A stretch of 64,000 nucleotides of DNA. It comes from Ginglymostoma cirratum. Its lineage: Eukaryota. The position numbers were made by a program, and so were the translations under genes. The first letter of the stretch is position 1. Every line of letters starts with the position of its first letter. This document shows, one piece after another, positions 53,461 through 64,000 of the stretch. The notes under the pieces were generated by a model. That model had not been told where the DNA came from. It saw nothing but the letters and a program-made list of their open reading frames with translations, and ran no database searches. The DNA is taken from contig JAHRHZ010000062.1 in NCBI GenBank assembly GCA_024137785.1, forward strand, positions 34,222,207-34,286,206, in the 5' to 3' direction.

Positions 53461-54873
53461 GGGGGTGAATAGTTGGGTCCCAATGGTCAGATTTTTCTAC
53501 CAGTTGTATTTTGCTGCTGCTTAGGTCTTCACCACCATTAAAGACTAAAGTTGTCCTCAAAAGCACAATCAGAGGGCAGGTGGCTTTGAAGTCGGGAAAG
53601 GGGCAGTATCAGGGCCAATCAGGCAGACTATGATTAGTGGGGGGCAGCTGATGCCATTGGTACAGGGGAAGCTGTGGTCACTGCTGGCCCTTTGGGCACC
53701 TTCTGGTCCATAAAGAGACTCCACTCCTCCAGCCTGAAGCCTGCTGGAAGGAAGCTGATGGTGGTCTCCTCACATGGCACTGAGACCTTCTGATACAAGC
53801 ATAATACCCCTATATAAGCAAAAGACCTGTGGGTAATCACCTGGGAGGTTTAGTTGAATTGTGGGCAGGTGGACTGTAAGCCACCTTCCCTGCCACTGGC
53901 AAAGTGGATTGGTGATGAGATTAAAGGCCTGGTTATCCATTGTGTGCTACGTACAGCCTCCAAGCCTGTCCCTAAAAGGCTTGTAAAATGCAGTATTCCT
54001 CTGTACAGCTTTGGGGTTTCAGCCTTGAGTTTTTGTGTTCAAGCCCTAAAGAGGAACAACTGAAATGAGATTCAAAATTGAGCACGACCAAATGAGTCAC
54101 AGCTCACAATCTGAGTTCCAGAGAAAGGTCTATAATGAACAACAAATCCTCTTTCTGATTGCCTTCCTCTTACTCTTGTATGGCATTACCCCTTTAGCTT
54201 CAGTTGGAAGGAGGCACTCTGATGGGTTGAGACAACCATGATGGACAACTTAGAATTTAGGATCTCTTTAAGGGCCCTCCCAATTTCTGCTCCAATTGTT
54301 TTATAAAGGTTCACTATGCCTCTATTCATAAAGACCGGCAAAAGCCCAGGTTTCAATGTGATACACTTCAAAACCGCAGCTTCGACAAACAATTGCTCAC
54401 AACTAGCTTGATCATATTATGTAAACAGCTCCATTTCTTTGAATTTGGAAAAATGTCAAAATTATTTTAAGGCCCCTAAGATTTTTCTCGGGGGGTAACA
54501 TTTCGAATTTCAGTGGCTCTTTCTTCAATTTCATCAACTTCTTTATTACATCATACAGATACATAGTACCAATAATTTGTATTTTGTGATGTATTTGAAT
54601 TCAGAAACAGAATTAGAAGAATTCATGAATAGTAGGAAGTGCAGTATTTAAATTGGTATAAGACAACAGGCATAAGTCAGCAACAAAATATTTTCTCAAA
54701 ATAACTGACACACACTTCTGCATCAAAAATTATACCATTGTCAACATATCTGCAGGCAAACAAGGTCACAGCTGTAGCAATATGCATAAGCTGGAACTTG
54801 TTAATCAGACAGCCACAACTATTTTTGCTGCAACTCTGATCTCAAACTGAGATTCAAATTTGCCAAATGATAT

Positions 54874-55542
54874 ACAACGTTGTGGAGCTGGATGAACACA
54901 ACAGGCCAAGCAGCATCAGAGGAGCAGGAAAGTTGACGTTTCGGGTTGAGACCCTTCTTCAGAAATGGGGGAGGGGAAGGGGATTCTGAAATAAATTGGG
55001 AGAGAGGGGGAGGCGGATAGAAGATGGAGAAAGGAGAAGATAGGTTGAGAGGAGACAGACAGGTCAAGAGGCGGGGTTAGAGCCAGTGAAGGTGAATGTA
55101 GGTGGGGATTGAGGTGGGGGATAGGTCAGTCCAGGGAGGACGGACAGGTCAAGGGGGCGGGATTAGTGTGTAGGAGATGGGGGTGGGGCTTGAGGTGGGA
55201 GGAATGGTTAGGGAGGCGGGGATGAGCTGGGCGGGTTTTGGGATGTCGTCGGGGGAGGGGAGATTTTGAAGCTTGTGAAGTCCACATTGATACCCTTGGG
55301 TTGCAGGGTTCCCAAGCGAAATATGAGATGCTGTTCCTGCAATCTTCGGGTGGCATCATTGCGGCAATGCAGGAGGCCCAGGATGGACATGTCATCCCCT
55401 TCCCCTCCCCCATTTCTGAAGAAGGGTCTCGATCCGAAACGTCAACTTTCCTGCTCCTCTGATGCTGCTTGGCCTGCTGTGTCCATCCAGCTCCACAACA
55501 TTTTATCTCAGATTCTCCAGCATCGGCAGTTCCTACTATCTC
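54874..55542 (-). mobile_element. Penelope-like element (family A): truncated GIY-YIG C-terminus with inverted pLTRs
   Basis: Minus-strand MSILGLLHCRNDATRRLQEQHLIFRLGTLQPKGINVDF. 14-bp TSD TTGCCAAATGATAT at 54860-54873 and 55543-55556. Hammerhead-like motifs in both repeats. Confidence 0.9.
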
Positions 55543-56849
55543 TTGCCAAATGATATGTTGTTTTGTTATAACAGCACCCACCTTTTCTGCACCGCTCCCC
55601 CCCCCAAAAATATTTGGTAGATACTGAACATAGGCAGCCTCAAGCTCGGGAATCAACATTCATTTGCAAGGAATTCAATACCTCAGGAATTTTAAGTGTT
55701 CTTGGTTTCCAGTTAGTCGAGCATTCATTTGTTAACAGGTTTAGAATTCTTCTCCCTCCCGTGCAACCTCCTTGCCTCAGCTTGCAACTTCCTTCTTTTC
55801 ATCTCTATCCTGTAGACTCATTACCACTGTATACATCCTCCCCTCCCAGGTCTTGCATCTGCTTGGATATCAGGGCAGGAAGTGGTAAGGGCAGGGCAAT
55901 GGCTGAAAAGTGGGAAAACATTTGATAAGAGACAGTTCTGTCATGTGCCTTTTCTCCAACCTCCCTACCAGGACTGAGCTGCCTGCGAGTGGAAAATGGT
56001 CATTTAGCAAGGACTTAAGCAGCTGACTGTGGCTAATTGATGAATTAATTATCTGGGTCAATTATAAAGGAAAAACAGAAGCATCTCTGGGTACTACCCC
56101 TAACCAACCAGTAGACAATATGGGTTTAAGTCGCACCTGCCGGAGAGGTGTGTCATAAAATGTCCAAACCGATTGATTAAAAATATCTTAAAAGGTGAGA
56201 CTGATGTGTGGAAGGAGACTGAGTGGTTACTAAACTATATCCACAAAGCAATGTGCCTTAATCGGGTCTTGCAGCACAGTGATATGTCCAAATCTCTGGC
56301 CCAGAAGTCTGGGTTCAAGACCCATCTCAGGCTGTGAAGGCCACAGACATGCGCCATAACACATCCAACCAGGTTTATTCAAACAAAAGTCAGTGTCTTG
56401 GTCTTCTGTCTCACCACCTGGCAAGGATCAGATTGAAAGAGAGCACTTGGCTGCATGTCAGCGAGATCTGGAGCCAGCAAGACAAGGCTTTACTCTATCC
56501 AATATGTTGTAGCAGTGAGTGAGAGCAGGCTATTGGGTCCAGCATACACTCAGTGACTCAACACATCTGATTCTTCACAAGGGTGGCCACTCTTTGCATG
56601 GAGATGGTCATAAGCACTAATGCTAGATTTAGACTCTTTTAACTGCGCTCTCCAAAGTTACACACTGCTACTAAGAATACTTACAGCTGTGCACACATTT
56701 CCCATCACTGCTCCCTAGCTTCCTTTCCGTGCATGATCCTGAGGCTCGGTGTCTGCATCCAGCTCAGCAGAGCCAGGAAGGTACTACACTCATGGCCTGG
56801 AGATTCTGTGCTGCTATCCTTGTTTCCAGCACCGGTCCTATTCACATCT

Positions 56850-57510
56850 GATGTGTGCCTTACTATGTATAAATTTTCCATATACACGTGAAGGATTCCT
56901 TCATATTTGTGAAGACCATACGGGACTTGCAGACAAATCATTTGATATTGCTAGCCTATACACTAATGTACTGCTCCAGGAAGCAATTGATATTTGTATT
57001 TCAGTATCATATTCGTTGTAATCTGTACACAGCCCCCTCTCACAACATCACCATTGTGTGGATTAATTGAACTAGCACACTGCACTTCCCTTTTAACAAA
57101 ACCATATGTGCTCAATTGGAAGGTGTCACCATGGGATAGCCAGTAGCCCCAGCTCCTACAAACACCTTTACTGCGTTCCATAAGAAATATGTCTTCAATC
57201 TCATTATACCTAACCTCCTACCCCTTGCCAAGCAAAATAAGTGACAGTGATTCCCTGATTTATCCTCAGCACGGTGCATCAACCTATCAAAATCAACTTG
57301 CCTGGTTTAAAATTTAAACAAAGCTTGGCAGTTAACTGCCAGTCATCTGTAATTGGTGTAGCCTCCATGGCAACTGCTCCACCAGAGTTCACTTGCCAGA
57401 CAACCAGAACTCTCCTCTCTTGTGTCATTCTCTTCACTTTGGTACTGTTTATAAGTTGCCCTGATGAGTGCTAGATGAAATGCTTCAGCAAAACTTATTG
57501 CTTTTCAGGA
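56850..57510 (+). mobile_element. Degenerate Penelope-like element (family C), RT fragment plus terminal repeat
   Basis: SFDIASLYTNV RT motif and a GVTMG remnant; CTGATGA...GAAA motif at 57461-57486. Confidence 0.7.
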
Positions 57511-57914
57511 AAAATAATTTAATTCAGAATTGTGCTTAAGATATATAAAATGATTTGCAGATAACTGATGGAAAAATAAATAGAATGTTAATGGAATAGT
57601 ACATAGTTAATGGTGCCAGTATTTATCATTAAGTGAATCTTGCTAATTAGAGCAAAATAATGTTTTAAACCACATAGGCTTTCTTTATTATATTACAAGA
57701 TATTTATTTTGTAAATTCTTAAAGCAATCATATGAAATTCTTACATAAATAAAAGGAAGGTTTTCAGTTCCTCTAGTTTCTCATGCAGAAAGATCTTAGG
57801 AAGAAATGTAGAATGTATCACCTAGACTCAATTTAAAGAAATATTTGTGTATTTTGGTTCTGATCCATTGACATCGACAGTGTATTCACAGGCTGCAGAT
57901 CATAGACAGGGATA

Positions 57915-59110
57915 GACTGGACTACACCTCACCCAGCGTCCTGCAAGAATGCGATCGCCTACTCCCATTTCCTCCGCCTCCGCCACATCTGCTCCCAAGA
58001 TGGAGCCTTCCATTCCCGAACATCCCAGATGTCCTCTTATTTCAAGGACCGTAACTTGCCCCCCTTCAGTGGTCAAAAATGCCCTCAACCGCATCTCTTG
58101 CATTACCCGCACTTCTGCCATCACACACCTCCCCGCAAAAAAAAACAAAGTCAGAATACCCCTTGTCCTCACATTTCACCCCACCAACCTCCATATTCAA
58201 CATATCATTCTCTGCCACTTCCGCCACCTACAATCCGACCCCACAACCAAAGGTATATTTCCCTCCCTATCCCCATCTGCCTTTCGTAGGGACCGCTCTC
58301 TCTGTGGCTCCCTTGTTCACTCCACACTCCCCATTGACTCCACTGCCCTGGGCACCTTTCCCTGCAACCGCAGGAAGTGATACACCTGCCCCTACACCTC
58401 CCCCCTCACCTCCATCCAAGGCCCAAAACAAACCTTCCACATTAGGCAGGGTTCACCTGCATATCTGTCAGCTTGGTCTATTGTATCTGCTGTTCTCAAT
58501 GTGGCCTCCTCTACATCGGTGAGACCAAGTGTAAACTTGGAGACCGTTTTGTAGAGCATCTGCACTTTGTACGTGACAAACAACACCTTCCAGTTGCCAG
58601 CCATTTCAAATCCCCCTCCCACTCCCTTGATGACATGTCCATCCTTGGCCTCCTCAGAGTCACAACGACAACACCCACACACTGAAGGAGCAGCACCTCA
58701 TATTCTGCCTCGGGAGCCTAAGCCCAATGGCCTAAACATGGAATTCACCAGTTTTAAAATCTCCCCACCCCTGGCCTCATCCCATGTCCAACCCTCCCTC
58801 TCATCCTCACCTCCTTGACCTGACATAACCTGTCTATCTTCTCTCCCACCTATCTGCTCCTCCCACCTCACTGACCAATCCCCACCACTCCCTACCTGCA
58901 CTCACCTATCACCATCCCGTCTACCTTCCCCAGGCCCACCCCTCCGCTCTATTTATTTCCCAACTCCCTTTCACCTCCCTATTTTGGAACATGGGTCCTG
59001 ACCTGAAATGTTAACGTTATTGCTCCTCTGATGCTGCCTGGCCTGCTGTGTTTTTCCAGCTCAATACTGTGTTGTCTCTGACTCCAGCATCTGCAGTTCT
59101 TGCTCTCTCC
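57915..59110 (+). mobile_element. Penelope-like element (family A-related): RT thumb, Cys-rich linker, GIY-YIG remnant and pLTR
   Basis: Frameshifted FLRLRHICS...RIPLVLTFHP...AFRRDRSL...FPCNRRK...VYCICCSQCGLLYIGETKCKLGDRFVEH...VASHF. The 3' pLTR resembles 55396-55542. Confidence 0.88.
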
Positions 59111-59929
59111 AAGGATATAAAAAGATGTTTTATTTTAAATTCAGTTCAAACGGCAGTCTCTCAGTATTATCAGAGCTATGGATGTCTGTAAGGCCTACAG
59201 GATGGAGGAATGGTTGATTTGTGCCACAAGAAGTTTTCCTTTCTCTTACCTAGATGCTGAATCTTGCTGGGTACAGAGCATCTAATATTGGACCAATAGA
59301 TGCTTCCACTTTTACAAAAGTCACTTGGCTCAGGTACGTTTTTGACGTTTATATTTGCCATTTTAAGAGATCAGTGTTTGGAGCTTGTATTGTGTGTTAT
59401 GACTACTTTTACTGGCATTAATGCATGTGACATCCTTGTTTAAAGCCAAGGGTTGCTGGAGGGCTGACTTGTGCTGCATAGGAGGTCTGATTGAAATTGG
59501 AAATTAAGTCCATTGTATATGGGCATTGGCCTGGCAGCTTTGGTTGCATATATTCTTGGAGGTTCCATTATATCACTTGCCACGTCCTCTTGCCCACTTC
59601 CATGCACCTTCTCTGTCATCCAGCGTGTCCATCCTCATGGAATACTGTCTTCCCATACTAGTTTGAAAGCAACTTCCTGAGTCATTTGGATGACTCAATA
59701 CTATTAGACTTTTTGCCAACTCTTTATATATTTCCAACTAATTAACAAGTGTATTCAAAGAGAATTTTATCAATACTCCTTTTAGTTTACATTTGTGAAG
59801 CTTCCACCAGCTGGGGATCAATCTTAAATTCATGAAGACTTTAGGATAATCGTGGAGGATTCACAAAACAAGCCTTGTGTACCTTTTATAAAATGAGTTG
59901 TGAATAACCACTGAATGATGCTTTCTGCA

Positions 59930-60270
59930 TATAATTCAGGCTAGCACTTTAAGGTACTGAGGAGAGTTTAACAGTTGGAGATGTCTTCCAGATTAAGTTG
60001 TGATCCAGTCCACCTTTTCAGGTGAACATAAAAGACTTCACAGCACTTCAGGAAGAGGAGCAATGGAGTGCTTCTGGCGTCCCAGCCAAGAGACTCAACT
60101 AGCAGCTAACAAAGGTGATGGGGCTATTTATGCCACTGCTTTTGTGATTGTGTACAAATTGGCTGCCAAGGCTTTGCTCCTCTACAGCAGTAACTACTTT
60201 CAATAATTGGCTGTAAGGTACTTTGGATGTCCTGAGATTGTGAGGTACTAAATAAATGTAATGATTTTAT
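59930..60270 (+). mobile_element. DeuSINE, degenerate
   Basis: CAAATTGGCTGCC...ATTGGCTGTAAGGTACTTTGGATGTCCTGAG Deu domain and tail. Confidence 0.65.
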
Positions 60271-62394
60271 GAACTATACTTCTTTTTTCAAGTGTGAAGT
60301 AGTCAAACTAATGTTCCTAAATAGTTTGTTAGATGTGAAACCTACCCAGAGATAGGTTTTATTTTTTCTTTTAATTTGTTCAAGGGATTTGGGCATTTCT
60401 GGCTAGGCCAGCATTTATGGAGGAAGTTAAGAGCCAGCCACATGCTGAGCCTGATTCATGTGTGAATCAGGCCAGGTACAGATGTAAGGATTCCCTAAAG
60501 AACATCAGTGAACCAAATCGGTTTCATGACAACTGACAATGGTTTGCCATTAGCCTGATTTTTTTTCTTAATTCCAGATGTTTATCAGATTCAAATTTAA
60601 CCATCTGCTTTGATAGGATTCAAACCCATGTCTCCAGAATATTAACCTGTCATTCTGGATTACAAGTCTAGACGTAGTGTCTCTGTAGTACCTCCCCCAG
60701 GAGAAACAACCTGCTGATTCACATTGAAGAGAAGGCTGCTGTTAGCCACTGCTCACCCACAACTACAGATATCAGGGTTATTCATTGTAAGAGACTGGCC
60801 TACTTTATGGCTTCACATTACTGATTAACCAGTTTGTTGTACATATTGTCTGCGCTTCGTTTCTACATTCTCGAAGTATTTGGACCTGGGGAAACTGTAG
60901 TTTAACGTCACAGGATCAATAGTCTAAAGGCCCAAACTAATCAGGGCAAAAGTCCAAATCTCACCACAGCAGCTGATGGGATTTTGTTTATAAGTCTGGA
61001 ATATAAAGTCATCCGTGACTGTAGCCATGAAATGGTCAGAAATTGTCAAAGCCCATCTGGTTTCGTTAATGTATTTTCCAATAGGAAACCTATTGTCCTC
61101 ACCTGATCTGGCCTATATGTGACTCACATCAATGTGGTTAACTCTTAAGAGAACTCTGGAATAACGTGGCAAGCATTCTGTTCAAAGGCAACTGGGGATG
61201 GGCTGATCTTGCCATTGATACCCACATCCCATGGAAGAATGCCATATTCCTGATTATGAAACAATGGTGGTTAATGTTTAAAATCTCACTGAGAGGCCAG
61301 TGACGAAATAAAGGCATGGAGAACTTACAGGTTTCTACTGTTTCTCCTTCTGGGAAACTTGTGAAACTGAGGAAAAATGAAACTCTTGCCCTAGCAATAG
61401 GGCCAGAGTGAAAAATTCATGGTGAAAACATCTGCCAGTTTGCAACAGTTAAGGCAAAAGCTGAATGTCAACCTTAAAAAGACTTCTAAAAAATGGAAAT
61501 TCTAAATGACTGGATTTAACACTAGGTCATTGGGAGTTTGAAGACAAGAGGCACTTTAAGTCCAGCGGGTACTGAAACTGTCACCATGCCACCTATTCCT
61601 ACTCCTCAGTAGTTTTACCAGTTTGAGGTGAGCATCTGGCCAGTCCACTGACAGAACGAATTGAGGCCTTCATACCCCCATAAGGGCCTGATTCCCACGA
61701 AACCCCTAGGATTTCAGGAGAGGCCTATCACAAGAAGTGAGCCTGCCAGCTGGTGGTGGGAAGGAGTGATTCCTCCTGAATGAGGCACCCCAGGCCATTA
61801 GCAGCTCTCCCATTGCCCTGAAAAATGCACACAATATCCCTAGATTCACCTCCCCCCTTGACACTTCCAATTACCCCCCACAATGCAATACCTGTATCAG
61901 AGGGAAGGAATTCCCATCTCCACTCAATTAAAGGCTAATCAGCTATTTTATGCTTCAAGAGGGATATCTGGGGATGGAATGGGGGAAGGTAATCTCCATC
62001 ATCCATGTTTCAGAGTGGGGAATAGCCAAAGTAGACCTAGCCTATAGAGTAAATTTGTCATAGTCCTTCAACATTTTTTCTTCTAGACAGTGTGGAAGAA
62101 ACTTTCATCACTGCACTCATAAAACTTACACATGAATGAAAACTTTGGGTCACTAAACAACTCCTGACAGTTAGCTCAACTCAGAAGGCTGCCAGGATTT
62201 CAGCCAATGCGACCTTTGCAAACTTTTCCTTTCCACAGCCTTCTCTCTTCCTGTTCCATGCAGACCCCTCCTTCCCATAAAGTCTTCTTTTCCCCCGCCC
62301 CCCCATCTTACAGTCTCCTTCCCCCACCCCCCCACCCCACCCCCACGCCAACCCCGACCCTGTAGCCTCTTCTTTCCCACCATCCTTGCAGGCT

Positions 62395-64000
62395 GCTGTT
62401 TGTTCCACCATTCAATCAGCAATCTGATTACTTCACCTTCCTGCCTAACCCTGATAACCTTTCATCTCATTGCTTATCAAGAATCGATCTACCTCTGCCT
62501 TAAAAATATTCAAGGATTCTGCTTTCACCACCGATTCAAGAAAAGAATTCCAAAGATTCATGAGCCTCTGAGGAAAAGATTCTCCTCACTTAAATCTGTC
62601 TTAAATGTGTGACCCCTTATTTTGAAACGGTGACTCCTGGTTCTAGAATCTCCTAGAAGTTCAATGTTTTCCATATTCACTTTGTCAAAACCTCCCAGGA
62701 TCTTATGGTTCAATCAAGTAATCTCTCATTCTTCTAAATTACAATGGATACAAACCCAGCCCCTCAAATTTTCATCATGAGGCAACATGCCCATTGGTGC
62801 AGTAAAACTGCCTAGAACTGTTTTCAATGCATTTCCAGCTTTCCGTGGATGAGATAATACTGTGCTTGGTTATGGTCTCTCCAACACCCTGTTTAACTGA
62901 AGTATAACCTCCCTATGTAGTATTCATTCCCCTCACAGTAAGTCTATTAGCTTTTCTTACAACTTAATGTACCTGTAAACTAGCCTTTTGAATTCATGCA
63001 CTAGAACACCCAGATCTCTACATCTCTAAGCTCCGCAATCTCTCACCATTTAGATAATGCTGCTTTTATTCTTCCTGTCAAAATGTGCCATTTAAATTTT
63101 CCCACATCATATTCCACTTGCCAGATTTTTGCTCACTCACTTAACCTATGTGCCTTTGTAGCCTCGTTATGTTCTTTTCACAACTTCCTTTCAAACTACC
63201 TTTGCATCATCAGCAAATTTGGTAATCACACTGTCCATCCATTCATAAAGTTATTTATACACATTGTAAGAAGTTGAGATCCCTGTACCATACCTCCCAT
63301 TATATCTTGTCAACCAGAAAAATTACCCAATTATGCCTACTTTCTGTTTCCCGTTGGCTGACCAATCTTCTATCCGTGCCAATATATTACTTCCTACACA
63401 AAGATCTCTCGTATCAAAAGTTCTTGTGAAAAATAAACTTTATCAAATTCTCTTCTGGAAACCTAAGAACAGTGTGCCTTTATCCACAACACATGCTACT
63501 TCAAAGAATTCTAACAAATTGGTTAAACAGATTTCCCTCTCTCTCAACCATGCTGACTTTGACTGATTAACTTAAATCTAAGTACCCTGCTTTAATACCT
63601 TTAATAACAGCTTCTAACATTGTCTCTGATAGATGTAAAGCACAATGGGTCATAGTCTCCTGCTTTCTCTCTCTCTCCTTTTGAATAAAGGAGTCATACC
63701 ATTGTTTTGCAACCTAATTGAACCTTCCGTGAATATGGGGAATTTTGGAAAATTAAAATCATCAAATATTTCACTGGGATTTCTTTTGTCATTCTAACAT
63801 GACAAGTCAGCCCACAGCTTCAACAATTTGCTCAGAAGCACGTCCCTGGTTATTGGAATTTTCTTGATTTCCTTCCTCCTTTCCATTTCCTGATTTACAG
63901 CCATTTCTGAGATATCACTTATATTCTCTATAGTGAAGACTGATACAAATTATCTGCTTGCTTCAGCTACTTTCTCATTATTTTCCACAATTAATTCACC
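62395..64000 (-). mobile_element. Long degenerate CR1-type LINE
   Basis: Reverse-complement remnants of the WNSL, KFADD and DLGV motifs; runs off the end of the window. Confidence 0.7.

Noticed and set aside
52100-54100. Moderately GC-rich intergenic stretch, possibly exons or a DNA transposon
   Set aside because: No coherent ORF, exon chain or terminal inverted repeats could be identified; likely old repeats.

Overview
Vertebrate genomic DNA, most likely from a cartilaginous fish (shark), inferred from HE1/V-SINE, DeuSINE, CR1, L2-like and Penelope-like repeats. The window holds coding exons 2-12 of a choline kinase alpha gene (CHKA) on the + strand (5436-48100; exon 1 is upstream of the window). 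All have GT-AG junctions and matching phases, and they include the short alpha2-type cassette exon at 22466-22522. A ~2.4-kb 3' UTR follows, then ~13 kb of repeat-rich intergenic DNA. Spliced peptide: [36 protein letters not shown][MTCNKGESKQTNQDRFDIR][43 protein letters not shown]...[14 protein letters not shown]...[23 protein letters not shown]...DYALARFEAYFEQKKQLDV*. Main observations: (1) Penelope-like elements of at least three families whose terminal repeats carry minimal hammerhead-ribozyme motifs, including a perfect back-to-back palindromic pair; three insertions have 13-15 bp TSDs and an asymmetric inverted-repeat-plus-tail layout. (2) A CR1 inserted exactly between the GIY and YIG motifs of a Penelope endonuclease. 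(3) A decayed tRNA-Arg(CCT) next to exon 2. (4) Several candidate unannotated (poison or alternative) CHKA exons, one inside a CpG-rich, potentially structured intronic element at ~20.5 kb. Repeat family names are from motif recognition, not database searches, and boundaries of old repeats are approximate.
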